From Macrostomum lignano (taxonomy: Eukaryota), in NCBI GenBank assembly GCA_002269645.1, contig NIVC01000219.1, positions 124,001 through 188,000 of the forward strand: DNA of 64,000 bases. Direction: 5' to 3'. Positions 13,380-37,678 of the stretch are shown here, piece after piece (the first letter of the stretch is position 1; the number at the start of each line of letters is the position of its first letter). Under the pieces are notes generated by a model. The model was not told the origin of the DNA. It saw only the letters and a program-made list of their open reading frames with translations, and did not search any database. A program made the translations under genes and the position numbers.

Positions 13380-14048
13380 GGGCCGATTTCACGAAACACT
13401 GCTAACAGCTATTTAGCCACTGCTAACTGCTAAAAGCAGTGGCTGGGTTTCTCAAAGTGACTGCTAAGTAGCTGCGTCTAGCTGTCTATGGCTAGCAGGT
13501 CAAATCGGGTGCCAAGGGTGGGAGAGTTGATTTCACGAAGCTAGCAGACGTCGACTAGCAAGGCTAAACTAGCAGCTGTTTTTCAGCCAGCCTCAACCCT
13601 GGTTAGTCAATGAATTTCCTCTATCTTCATAACTTCCTACAAGACGGTCCGCATCGGGAGCCACGAGTTTACCTCGATAGACGGAATTTCGCTGTCAGTG
13701 CTGAATTCACACAAAGATTCCGACTGAGTCCAGCTACTGCGGAGCATCTTGTGCAACTTTTTGTTCTTTTAGAGTTTAGAACTTCTGCTTCAATAAAGCG
13801 GGCGCGAGACACGATAAAGTATGAAGTAGGGCTTTCCTGACGCAGTAAAGGCACAAATCAATAATCGTCTTAGTGACGCCTCATGTCTATGGCGGAGACC
13901 CACGCTAGCATGCTTTTAGCCACGGCTTACTAGCCGTTGCTTTTTAGCATGGTGTTGTGAAACCACTTTTTCAGACGCATCTAAATAGCACGGCTAAACT
14001 AGCTGCTGCTAACTGCTAACTGCTAGCTGTTTCGTGAAATCTGGGCCG
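13380..14048 (+). mobile_element. PIF/Harbinger non-autonomous deletion derivative
   Basis: Inverted termini GATTTCACGAAACA (13385-13398) and TGTTTCGTGAAATC (14028-14041) with GGCC-type outer ends and subterminal ctgctaac/gctagcag repeats. The internal ORF 13610-13840 contains PRVYLDRRNF...EFTQRFRLSPATAEHLVQLF, resembling the N-terminus of Harbinger/HARBI1 transposases. TSD only tentative (CAG/TAG, one mismatch). Confidence 0.65.
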
Positions 14049-14702
14049 TAGAGTCACTGCAGAATCACTGAGTTACGTCTGAGTCACTTTTAACCAACTA
14101 ATTATTATCTCATTTCGCATTTACACGAGGCCATAAACTCTATTTAGTCTACTTGAGTTAGTAAGAGTTAAGCGCTAACACACCGACTCTTGGGACGATT
14201 TTTTGAGATTCTTACGATTCTACAACTGCACATGACGCGCTCGTGACTCACCAGTCGCATTGCAGTCGTTTGAGTCTCTGCTCAGGTGGGTTCAAAGGGC
14301 AAAGGAAGCGGTCAACTTCCTAAAACACAGAGGCACCTCAGCCTCCTCTCATAGAAGGTCATCAAGCATTGGTTACACAATGTTAGTAATTTTCGAATAA
14401 TTAACTTTGCATTCTGATAGCAGTAGTATATTGCATATTTCGAATCAACAGCAACGAATTTGGAAAATTTTGTAAGCGATCACAAGGGAACTGATAACAA
14501 TTGAAAAATTAACTTCAGTATATCTATATAATCAAAAAGGGTTAATTGTTGAAAATCGTAATAATAATAAAAATCAATCGGCCCGATTTTGCATGCACGC
14601 TCGTCTCGTACTACTAGAAAAGCACAATTTATGGGTGCAGGCTGAATTCAGCTTCTTTTTGGGGTTTTGGATTGAAATATTCATGCGTTATGTGTCTGTC
14701 TA

Positions 14703-15620
14703 GACAGAAAGGAGAGCGTCACCAGACAAGATGGTCACCAGACAGACCAGAGCGTCACGAGACAGACAAGAGTGTCACCAGACAGACAAGAGGGTCACCA
14801 GACAGACAATAGGGTCACCAGACAAGAGCGTCACCAGAGACAAGAGTGTCACCAGACAGACAAGAGAGAATCACCAGGCAGACAAGAGAGAATCACCAGA
14901 CAGACAAGAGAGAATCACCAGACAGACAAGAGGGTCGCCAGACAGACAAAAGAGAATCACCAGACAGACAAGAGAGAATCGCCAGACAGACAAGAGAGTC
15001 ACCAGACAGACAAGAGAGAATCACCAGACAGACAAGAGTGTCACCAGACAGACAAGAGAATCACCAGACAGACAAGAGAGAATCACCAGACAGACAAGAG
15101 GGTCGCCAGACAGACAAGAGGGTCACCAGACAGACAAGAGAGAATCACCAGACAGACAAGAGTGTCACCAGACAGACAAGAGTGTCACCAGACAGACAAG
15201 AGAATCACCAGACAGACAAGAGAGAATCACCAGACAGACAAGAGGGTCGCCAGACAGACAAGAGAGAATCACCAGACAGACAAGAGAGAATCACCAGACA
15301 GACAAGAGAATCACCAGACAGACAAGAGAGAATCACCAGACAGACAAGAGGGTCGCCAGACAGACAAGAGAGAATCACCAGACAGACAAGAGGGTCGCCA
15401 GACAGACAAGAGAGAATCACCAGACAGACAAGAGGGTCGCCAGACAGACAAGAGAGAATCACCAGACAGACAAGAGAGAATCACCAGACAGACAAGAGGG
15501 TCGCCAGACAGACAAGAGAGAATCACCAGACAGACAAGAGAGAATCACCAGACAGACAAGAGGGTCGCCAGACAGACAAGAGAGAATCACCAGACAGACA
15601 AGAGGGTCGCCAGACAGGCA
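14703..15620. repeat. ~22-bp minisatellite just 3' of the MATE gene
   Basis: Unit accagacagacaagagagaatc with variants (agggtcgcc, gtgtcacc). Confidence 0.95.
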
Positions 15621-15722
15621 AGAGAGCGCCAGCAGAAAATGTCGAGAGATACGGAGAGAATCAACAATAGGAGAAATCTCCCAATGCAGAGTCAGCACAC
15701 GCATGGGTGCCTGGCTTATTCA

Positions 15723-26336
<10,614 letters not shown>

Positions 26337-27562
26337 GGTTGTAGACAATGCCCTGAACAAGTACCATTAAAACACTAAAATCCTATTTGTGATGGACGGC
26401 TTGTCGGCGACACTTATTGTTTTGTTATATTCTATAGTCAGTGTGGCAGGAATGCGTTAAGTAAGACGTCAGGACGATCTTGATCTCTGCTGTCTGTTTG
26501 AATTTTAAAAGTTTTAAGGCCTATGCGAAGCGCGTGGAATCAACTGACCAAGAACTGATAAAGAAGCCCCCCAGCAGTCCAGCACCCCTACTGAGAAGTG
26601 ACGCGCAGTGAATAAGACAGCCACCCCACGCCCCACACTGTACATTGTAGGCTAAAATGTACATTGAGAAATTAGGACTCTCCCCTATTTAGCGTCAACT
26701 GGTGGTGGCGTGCCGCCTTTGCCTTTCTTCACTCGCCCAATTCGACTATTTTAGATAGCAAGCAAGAACTATGAAGTACTGGTTTCCGCGCCAGTGTGAG
26801 AACTGGAAATTGTACAAATTTTGCCAGGAAATAGCTATTTAGTAAATCTTCGTGAGCTCAAGTAATTATGCTGCTATGCTGTGCACACTAAAATAGTGAA
26901 GGAAGAATTACATATGCGACAGGGGGGGGGGGGATCCACGAGGCAACTCAAAATTTGAGTAATGAATGAGCTTTTGATTTCGCGAGAATTTAAACGTACT
27001 GTACCTGCCTACGCTCGTAAAATGTAAATCCCTCTTGTAGTGCCAAAGGTTCCGAACTCTGTTAAACTGCCAACATTTTCAGATTCTTTCATTTTTATCA
27101 GACAGGCCGTAACCTGTGCAACCTCAAAGCTAACAACATTTTTTTGGTTCGTATACCATCTTTTTTCGATGTTAATAGGTCATATTGACGTTTGCAGGAT
27201 ATATTTGCTCAATGTTGTCAATTGGGCCGCTTCGTAGATGCAGCTGGTAAAGTAAATAGTGAGAGAGTATAGTAAAAAGTATTATTAACCAATAACGTTA
27301 TGTTACGCTAACACCCAGGTACATGTCATATAGTTCGGAAAAAAAATAGACCGACAGTGTTAGAGTGTCTCTGAACAGATTTTAGATTAGTAAGTTTACA
27401 ATTACATGAACAATTAATTGTAAATGTAATATAGAAAATATTAATATAGATAGGGCCGACGACCTGCAGACAACTACAATAAATACTCGTAACCTTCAAG
27501 ATTACAGAAAAGACATGATTGATTAAAGTTAAATAGTTTCATTAGAACTTTTGCTTCGATTC

Positions 27563-28444
27563 CTAAAAGTGTTCGCAGCACAGTCCCTGCAGCAGAGCAA
27601 CTTCAGAGTCCCTCAGAGCTCTCTCTGACACTCCGAAGCACCTCATGAAGCCCTCGAAGACGCGGTTGTGACCGGCATGACGGCTGACGGCTCCGATCTG
27701 CACGCTGCTGCCGAAGGTGGCCTGTCAAGTTCCGTTGACGAGGATCCTGACTTCCGGAGTCTGCTTGTCGTACACCGCGGCGATGTGGGTCCAACCGCTG
27801 GCCGTGTCGGTGGGTCCAGACACTGAGACCTTCGATACAACGGTGAACTTGATGTTGGTAGTTGTAGGATAAAGCCACAATCGAGTGTGGTATGAGAAAG
27901 GCATTGTGAGGCCCTCCAGCAGAGGCATCGCACCTCTCGCTGGGTTGGTGACCTTGAACCACACTGACATGCTGAGGCTGGTGAGACACACCGAAGTCAG
28001 CTGGTCAATGTTGAACCTCTCTGACACACCCGACTGACCAGTGAAGTTGACGGCATTGTCCGTGTACTGCATCGGGATGTTCTCCTGCAGGTCGAGATGG
28101 CCGCTGTTCGAGACCGCATTGCGAGTCCGAGTGGCGTTGCTCATGGGCCAGAAGGCGACGAGGCCGAGCTGGCGCAGGGCGCTCCATGACTGGCAGTCGG
28201 TGCCGTTCGTCAGACTGGCGGTCTGGAGGCTGTCCGACATGTTGCAGACGCCTGCGCGGTGGCTCCAGGCGATGCAGGGACGACGGATCTGAGAGCACAG
28301 GAAGGCGCACATGCGGGCGCTCGAGGCCGTCAGCGAGTGCTGCAGAGTCTGCGGCACCACGCAGCCGCCTGTCGAGGTTTCGTACGGGGCCGAGAGCGCC
28401 AGCGACAGAGCACAAAGCGCGAAAATGTTCGATTTGCAATGCAT
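27563..28444 (-). pseudogene. PAN-LamG paralogue 1 (modules A-X), disrupted
   Basis: ATG at 28444, signal peptide, type A Cys domain and shared core. CGA>TGA at 27727-27725 (Arg in copies 2 and 3), followed by an in-frame 36-nt deletion; homology then resumes to TAG at 27565-27563. Confidence 0.85.
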
Positions 28445-30290
28445 TTTCCTGCTGTCTTGCAACCAGAAAACTCAGAGGGTTGTGACGCTTTCTTTCTGAT
28501 GCAGCTGCTTTTAAACAGAAAAATCGATTTCTGCTTGCATTGAATTTAGTGAGCGGTTTGACTAGCTATTTCGGTAAATGACAGAATGGCTGCTGGGTCT
28601 AGGAGTAAGTGACTCACTTCTGGATCCATTATCCTCGACTACAGCATATCCAGCATCCGTTAATTTTTTCTATGCATGCATTAAGCTGATTTTTTTCACA
28701 TCCAGACAGCTAAAAGCAATCCATTGTGTCTGTCGCAATTTTTGAACGTCAATCAATGCAGACTGACAAGTTTGAAAAATGAAAAATCTGACGATGGTTA
28801 GAAGTCTTTAAGTCGCAAGAATCCCGATAATTATAAAATGATTGATGCTTTAAATAAAACTTAAAACTTGAACTAAATGGTATTCAGCTTGGAAAACCAG
28901 CTGGTGCCCATGGTATCCGGAATCAAATTTCAGGGTGCGAAAATTGATGGTTGCGACGTGTCATGACTCACGCTTATGATACAAAAATCCAAGATAGCAT
29001 CAAATTAACACTCAGTTTGGTTTCGTGTGATCATATTTGTTTTGAGTATAGCATGTTAGGCATAATCGTAATTTTCTACTTTCTACTTAAATTGTCTCTT
29101 AGCTATATAGCGATTTCAAACACACAAAAATGCTAGCTGACTTTCTAATTGCATAGAAATGCCATTCACTTGCCTAAACTCTCAGCAAAGAAACAAAGTT
29201 GTGGGACTGTAGCTGTGCCTTTTTAATTGGAATTCTTCAAAAAATGCTTACGGGAATTCACTGGCTGTCCCTAATAAGCTAAAATGGCAGCCCACGCGTT
29301 GCACCTGGGAATCAATAATTCAAGATGAGAACCTCTCCATCCATACCGCTGCGCCTGCATTGCCAATTAAGTTGGAAGCTTTTTGTTGGATTGCGTTTCC
29401 AGGCAGTTCAAACAAAGGCGAGTAGAGGCGCCTTGACTACGAGCTACAAGCGCTTTCGTGTTTATGAATTCTAAGCTGTTCTTCTCTTTTGCAAAGCCAA
29501 TTTAACAATGTCTCAGGTTCTACCTATTCAGAAGCGGAATGAAGCCCTTTAAAACTGGCTCTGTGTCTAGGATTGCCGGTTTGGCGATTTGCTGTGCACT
29601 TATCTATACAGTCTTGTTCTACCTAAAATTTCTATTGCAACCACTGAATTCTTTCTATTCCGTGGGCTTTTCTCCATGGTCAATTATGTCTTTTCAGCCT
29701 CCTGACTGATGATTTTAGTTGCGCGTCGCATCTTAAATTGAGACAAAGTTATAGATTGAAGCTAGTTTTACTGATTTTCTCTTAAAGTCTTTATAAACCC
29801 TTCCTTCAGAGCTTTCCTTCAAAGTGCTCTCTTCCAATATGCTTCCTCGTGTTCGTGTGTCCGTGTACTCACCAAGCAACAGACTCTAGCACGTACTTTC
29901 CTGTGCCTCTTGCAAACTGAAGTTCTATAAGAAGCAGGATGTTATGCACTTAACTTTTCTTAGTTACTCAATTAGAAAGTGAAACAAAGGTATGCTTCAC
30001 ATAAAGACCAAACTTTCCATTAAATCGGCCTGTTGACATCCGCGTAGGGCTAGAATAATGAGTATATTCTTGAAATTTAACGACAAACTTTCTCGCATAG
30101 AACATAGATACTCACAATTGAACAATCGCAGGGATAAGAATGTTCCGATTTGAAAAAAAAATAATGCTCGTATGCAAAAGGTTATAGTGTATGTATGTTT
30201 TTTACCCAGAAAAGGCAATTATAACTGATACGAAATGGATTTGACAAGCTCAAGAGGCTAAAAACATCGTTAAAATTTAGTTCAAGGTGA

Positions 30291-30948
<658 letters not shown>

Positions 30949-31176
30949 TAGTTCAAGGTGAAGTAGAATATTGTATGTTCTATATAAAGCTGAACATTAG
31001 GAAAATTTTTTTTTACAAAATGAATATAATGATATCGAAATATGATCTCTTTTATTCCCCATGATACTCACTGAATTAAGGAGTAAACACTATAAGAGGC
31101 AGTACAAAACCACAATTTCTCAAACAGGTCCAGATGAACGCTTCCTGTTCTAATCGTTGACAGCTCCAGCTTAATT

Positions 31177-32100
31177 TCAGCACAGCCCCTGCAGCAGAGC
31201 AACTTCAGAGTCGCTCAGAGCTCTCTCTGACACTCCGAAGCATCTCATGAAGCCCTCTAAGACGCGGTTGTGGCTGACACTGCGGCTGACAGCTCCGATC
31301 TGCACGTTGCTGCCGAAGTCCGCGCACGAGGTCAAAGCGGTGGCCGAGCCGCTAGTGGCCTGTCGAGTTCCGTTGACGAGGATCCTGATTTCCGGTGTCT
31401 GCTTGTCGTACACAGCGGCAATGTGGGTCCAACCGCTGGCCGTGTCGGTGGGTCCGGACACTCGGACCTTCGATGCAACGGTGAGCTCGATGTCGGTAGT
31501 TGTAGGATGAAGCCAAAATCGAGTGTGGTATGAAGAAGGCATTGTGAGGCCCTCCAGCAGAGGCATCGAACCCCTTGACGCATTGGTGACCTTGACCCAC
31601 ACTGACATGCTGAGGCTGGTGAGACACACCGAAGTCAGCTCGTCAATGTTGAACCGCTCTGACACACCCGACTGACCAGTGAAGTTGACGGCGCTGTCCG
31701 TGTACTGCATCGGGATGTTCTCCTGCAGGTCGAGATGGCCGCTGTTCGGGACCGCATTGCGAGTCCGAGTGGCGTTGCTCATGGGCCAGAAGGCGACGAG
31801 GCCGAGCTGGCGCAGGGCGCTCCACGACTGGCAGTCGGTGCCGTTCGTCAGACTGGCCGTCTGGAGGCTGTCCGACATGTTGCAGACGCCTGCGCGGTGG
31901 CTCCAGGCGATGCAGGGACGACGGAGCTGCGAGCACAGGAAGGCGCACATGCGGGCGCTCGAGGCCGTCAGGGAGTGCTGCGGAGTCTGCGGCACCACGC
32001 AGCCGCCGAGAGAGATGCTGCTGTGCAGCTCGCTGCCGGCTTGGGCAATGGCGGGCAGAAAGAAAAGAAGAAACAGAAAAGGAGAGCAGTTGCTGCACAT
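31177..32100 (-). CDS. Secreted PAN/apple-like + LamG/pentraxin-like protein, paralogue 2 (A-X), 307 aa, single exon
   Basis: Signal peptide (FLFLLFFLPAIAQA); 6-Cys module C..CAFLC..CIAW..C..C; then LVAFWPM, SMSVWVK, WTHIAAVYD, ILVNG, VQIG, EGFMRCFGVSERAL, typical of concanavalin-A-like LamG_3 folds. Confidence 0.85.
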   Translation of the reverse strand: MCSNCSPFLFLLFFLPAIAQAGSELHSSISLGGCVVPQTPQHSLTASSARMCAFLCSQLRRPCIAWSHRAGVCNMSDSLQTASLTNGTDCQSWSALRQLGLVAFWPMSNATRTRNAVPNSGHLDLQENIPMQYTDSAVNFTGQSGVSERFNIDELTSVCLTSLSMSVWVKVTNASRGSMPLLEGLTMPSSYHTRFWLHPTTTDIELTVASKVRVSGPTDTASGWTHIAAVYDKQTPEIRILVNGTRQATSGSATALTSCADFGSNVQIGAVSRSVSHNRVLEGFMRCFGVSERALSDSEVALLQGLC

Positions 32101-32887
32101 TTCCTAGTGCTGACTTAGACAATGAATGAAAGATTGGCGAAAAATTCTGTCTCGTTTCTCGGCGCTTTGCTGTATAAGACTTTTGCAAGGTACTGAAAAT
32201 TTGTCGTCGCTCTATCTACTTTGCCAAAATTGCATCTCTGCAGCCAATCACCTTCAAGTTCCATTTTTGTTTAGTTTTTACCGCTGGTTTAAGTGACCTT
32301 GACCTTTTTCACCGTTTCAAGCAGATAGGAAGCTTTTCTATTTAATCGTAGTGAATTTTTCTTTAACGTTATTAATTTCGCTGGAACTTTATTGCATGTC
32401 GGTGCATGTACTGGAAAGTTGTTCAGGCCTGCATTCTAGATGCCTGTGTAAAATTGATTGTAATTCATCAGATTTACTTTTTTCTTAAATAACTTGCATA
32501 TCTAGCATGTTCTATTAGTCAGAGAACAGAAGCAAACTGTGGAAGTGATGGGAATAAGAAAGAACCACTGAGACTTTTGGAGTCGCAGTTGTATAAAAAA
32601 TACCTTCGGTTTTTCGGGGGAACAGCTTCGTCTGGTTGAGTTTCAAGATCGATCTCCGCTTCACTTGGTTGATGGCGTATTTCGCATCATGTAGTTACAT
32701 TTTCAGCACAGCCATAAAATATTAGAGGTGCACTTTGTCAGCATCGAATTTCATCACGTGTAACTTTGGTAAATGTAACGCATGCATCGAACTGGCTGCC
32801 TTGGTTTGAAGATCGGCTGCGGTACGGAGGTGCGCACTAGCAGGTCTGGCCAAGCAGATTGACAGCAACAACAACGAAAACAGCACA

Positions 32888-33421
<534 letters not shown>

Positions 33422-34194
33422 ACGCAACTCAAGGAGGAACTACTTTTTAGATTATTAGAAAAAAACTCCCAAATTATTTCAATGTTAAGATTCACGCTAG
33501 ACTCAAAGTAACTGAAGTACATAAGTAGGCTTGAAAAATTTTTATCCAACTCTAGGCGTTTTACAAATAGAATTAAACTTAGAAAATGAGAAACACCTCA
33601 CCGTCGGTACCTTCAACAGATGGCACCACGTGACTATGGACTATATCATCGAAAGTGAATACCGTGACCTCCTATTAGACACTGCTAGATCGAAGTATAA
33701 ATCGTAGGATCCAATCCTGCTATTGCAGCGTGTTTTCGCGGATATCCCTTTTGCATAAAAACAGCCGCTTAAGTCGTATGAAATTAATTTGCAGGATTGA
33801 CACTCAAAAAAGTCCATCTGTAATGCTTCCAAAGTATTCCCACCAACACATTTGCTGACAACCCAATTGAACGTTGTTGAATCATTAGGAAAAAAGGCAT
33901 GTCATGCTTTAGTTCGTCTACAAGGGTTTTTAAATACAGCTTTGTAAAAGACAGACAACTAGAATAACTCAGTTCAAACAGTCAGTCAAGCAGATTTTGA
34001 GAAACAGCTATTGTTTCTTAAGTGTCAATTTGTGAATATTTGGTTCCCAGGCATGAAAGCAATTAGTCATTCATATTGCTGAATGACAAAGGCAAAGGCA
34101 GCACTTAGAATTTGGCAATTATTTTGTAGCTAAGAGACGTTCAAAACCCGTTTAGATCCGTCTGAAGTTCTCACCTCAACCCGAGTGCAGAATC

Positions 34195-35367
34195 AGTCCT
34201 ACCACGAGGGTCCGAACCCTCAGCAGAGCCCCTCAGCAGACCCCCTCAGCAGAGCCCCTCAGCAGACCCCCTCAACAGACACCCTCAGCAGACACCCTCA
34301 GCAGACCCCATTCAGCAGACCCCCTCAGCAGACCCCCTCCCTCAGCAGACCCCCTCAGCAGACCCCCTCAGCAGGGCTCCTCAGAAGACCCCCTCAGCAG
34401 ACCCCCTCAGCAGACCCCCTCAGCAGACCCCCTCAGCAGACCCCATTCAGCAGACCCCCTCAGCAGACCCCTTAGCAGACCCCATTCAGCAGACCCCCTC
34501 AGCAGACCCCCTCAGCAGACCCCCTCAGCAGGGCTCCTCAGCAGACCCCCTCAGCAGACCCCCTCAGCAGACCCCATTCAGCAGACCCCCTCAGCAGACC
34601 CCCTCAGCAGACCCCCTCAGCAGACCCCATTCAGCAGACCCCCTCAGCAGACTCCCTCAACAGACACCCTCAGCAGACCCCTTCAGCAAACCCCCTCAGC
34701 AGACACCCTCAGCAGACCCCATTCAGCAGACCCCCTCAGCAGACCCCCTCCCTCAGCAGACCCCCTCAGCAGACCCCCTCAGCAGGGCTCCTCAGAAGAC
34801 CCCCTCAGCAGACCCCCTCAGCAGACCCCATTCAGCAGACCCCCTTAGCAGACCCCATTCAGCAGACCCCCTCAGCAGACCCCCTCAGCAGACCCCCTCA
34901 GCAGGGCTCCTCAGCAGACCCCCTCAGCAGACCCCCTCAGCAGACCCCATTCAGCAGACCCCCTCAGCAGACCCCCTCAGCAGACCCCCTCAGCAGACCC
35001 CATTCAGCAGACCCCCTCAGCAGACTCCCTCAACAGACACCCTCAGCAGACCCCTTCAGCAAACCCCCTCAGCAGACACCCTCAGCAGACCCCATTCAGC
35101 AGACCCCCTCAGCAGACCCCCTCAGCAGACCCCCTCAGCAGACCCCATTCAGCAGACCCCCTCAGCAGACCCCCTCAGCAGACCCCCTCAGCAGACCCCA
35201 TTCAGCAGACCCCCTCAGCAGACCCCCTCAACAGACACCCTCAGCAGACCCCTTCAGCAAACCCCCTCAGCAGACACCCTCAGCAGACCCCCTCAGCAGA
35301 CCCCTTCAGCAAACCCCCTCAGCAGACCCCCTCAGCAGACACCCTCAGCAGACCCCCTCAGCAGACC
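34195..35367. repeat. 13-bp minisatellite
   Basis: Unit ctcagcagacccc with variants; lies between the divergent paralogues 2 and 3. Confidence 0.95.
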
Positions 35368-35736
35368 AAGACGAACAATTAAACAACCTCCCATCGAATG
35401 CTGTCGCGAATTTTATACTAAAATGTAAAAAAAGGTTTAGACATAGGTGCCCTAACAAGTTCCTAGAAACTACGAGTACACGATAGTATACCCTCCCTCT
35501 ATTTTCACTTGTCTTTGTTGTCACCTGTTGTCATTCGTTTGGGGCTTGTGCTCGAAAGTTGAGCAGGAGGTTGCCATGACTCTACTAGACATCTCAAACT
35601 TCTGCTATTTGCTACCAAAATTGTGAAGCCAATGATGATGCATGAGATAATTCAATTCAAGTGACAATCGAGTTGCAGATCAATTTTTCAGACATGAAGA
35701 TGAAGGTTTAAATACCCGCGTCATACCCTCGTATGC

Positions 35737-36702
35737 TTGCCTAAAGAGAAGAGATCCAAATATTGTCAGAATAATAAAAAATATTACTGCAGCGCAATAA
35801 AACTGCCGCTCCTGGTGTATTTACTACTTTTTTCTTTGACTGCACTAGCCAATAAGCAGCAGAAGTTCTCTGTAACCAACGGTGGCTGTCTCATGGTCGA
35901 AGCAAGCCAACAGCTCAAGGCGTCCAGCGCCTGTTTCTGCGCCTCTCTCTGCTCAAGTCGGAGCTCCTGCATCGGATGGAGCTACCGACACGGCAGGTGC
36001 AACGTGTCGGACAGTGTCCATACGGTCTGGACGAACAATGCTAGCTGCAAGATGTGGAGTCGTTTGAGAGAGCTCGGCTTCGTCGCCTTCTGGCCCATGA
36101 GCAACGCCACTCGGACTCGCAATGCGGTCTCGAACAGCGGCCATCTCGACCTGCAGGAGAACATCCCGATGCAGTACACGGACAGCGCCGTCAACTTCAC
36201 TGGTCAGTCGGGTGTGTCAGAGAGGTTCAACATTGACCAGCTGACTTCAGTGTGTCTCACCAGCCTCACCATGTCAGTATGGGTCAAGGTCACCAATGCG
36301 TCAAGAGGTCCGATGCCTCTGGTGGAGGGCCTCACAATGCCTTCTTCATACCACACTCGATTTTGGCTTCATCCTACAACTACCGACATCGAGTTCACCG
36401 TTGCATCCAAGGTCCGAGTGTCCGGACCCACCGACACGGCCAGCGGTTGGGCCCACATTGCCGCTGTGTACGACAAGCAGACACCGGAAATCAGGATCCT
36501 CGTCAACGGAACTCGACAGGCCACCAGCGGATCGGCCGCCGCTTTGACCTCGTGCGCGAACTTCGGCAGCAGCGTGCAGATCGGAGCCGTCAGCCGCAAT
36601 GCCGGTCACAACCGCGTCTTCGAGGGCTTCATGAGATGCTTCGGAGTTTCAGAGAGAGCTCTGAGGGACTCGGAAGTTGCTCTGCTGCAGGGGCTGTGCT
36701 AA
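35737..36702 (+). CDS. Secreted PAN-LamG paralogue 3 (B-X); start codon unresolved
   Basis: Hydrophobic signal (LPLLVYLLLFSLTALA), type B Cys module, shared core and X-type LamG, intact to TAA. There is no in-frame ATG between the upstream TGA (35701) and the signal peptide; the track's start is a TTG. Confidence 0.75.
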   Translation: MPKEKRSKYCQNNKKYYCSAIKLPLLVYLLLFSLTALANKQQKFSVTNGGCLMVEASQQLKASSACFCASLCSSRSSCIGWSYRHGRCNVSDSVHTVWTNNASCKMWSRLRELGFVAFWPMSNATRTRNAVSNSGHLDLQENIPMQYTDSAVNFTGQSGVSERFNIDQLTSVCLTSLTMSVWVKVTNASRGPMPLVEGLTMPSSYHTRFWLHPTTTDIEFTVASKVRVSGPTDTASGWAHIAAVYDKQTPEIRILVNGTRQATSGSAAALTSCANFGSSVQIGAVSRNAGHNRVFEGFMRCFGVSERALRDSEVALLQGLC

Positions 36703-37086
36703 GAAAAATCTAGAGTTAACGTATTTTAAGCAATTACTATTGCGGAATAGACTGATTTTCGTTATTGTTATGCCAGCATTAGTGATAGTAAATTTTTATT
36801 CACAATGAAACATTTTTACGTGTTTTTAGAAGAAAAGCAACATTCTTGCTGTTTGAGCCCTGTTTAAAAAACTTTTTGAGCACTGTATACACGTATTTAA
36901 AGTAATATTTTTTGTTACCTCCCGATACAGTGATGTTGTCACCTTTGAGTTCGCCCCACGACCAGCTGAATACACGAAAAAACAGCTTTTACTTATTTTC
37001 TCACTCTAACACTAAATAAAGTGATTCCAAGAACTTGGTAGATTCAATGCAACTTGAACGATAACGGCTGGACAACTGACTGACCA

Positions 37087-37400
37087 GGGGTTGTAGCCTT
37101 GTGGTTATAGCGTCGGACTCGTGACTAAAAGGTCGGGGGTTCGATTCTCGACCCACTCAGAACAATTGGTCCATGAGCAAGACACTTAACTCTGAATTGC
37201 TTCAGTTCACCCAGCTGTAAAATGGGTGCCAGCATTAGCTGGGGTAATTGGAGGCTGTGTGGGGCGACCTTCCAGGTCATTGGACTGAACAGCCGTAAGC
37301 AGCCTTCAGATGCGCCGCGCAATAGCTGCGGCTGAGCTGTCGGTTGCGCACGTGCACATTAAGGCAGATGTAGTCAATTAGTATTAATTATTATTCATAT
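37087..37400 (+). mobile_element. tRNA-derived SINE, family 1, copy a
   Basis: A-box-like tagccttgtggt and B-box-like ggttcgattc; central gagcaagacacttaactc...cacccagctgtaaaatggg domain; AT-rich tail; colinear with 42778-43084. Confidence 0.8.
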
Positions 37401-37678
37401 TAATAGTTCGAATTAGTAACGCGTTAAAGTTCTTCCAATTGCGCTAACGTTTTCATACAGAGACTTTGATACTACTCATTGATATGTGTAATTATCAGAT
37501 ATAAATGTTTTGACCATAGATTTTAAACCAAAATATTCAGCATCAGCGACAGTCTTAAAATACTACACAGTCTCGAGTTAACGGCAACGACAGCAATATG
37601 CGTTGCATTGGCTCTTTGAACAAAAGCGAGCTACAGTTTAACAGCTGGCTCGCAGTGGCTTAAGCAGCACTACTGGTA

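Noticed and set aside
13187-14290. 9-bp direct repeat TCAGGTGGG as the TSD of a larger Mutator-like element enclosing the Harbinger
   Set aside because: The ends just inside the repeats are not inverted repeats of each other, so it may be coincidental.
27725-27727. TGA in paralogue 1 as selenocysteine or programmed readthrough
   Set aside because: It aligns to Arg (CGA) in the paralogues, is a typical CpG transition, sits next to a 36-nt deletion, and I saw no convincing SECIS.
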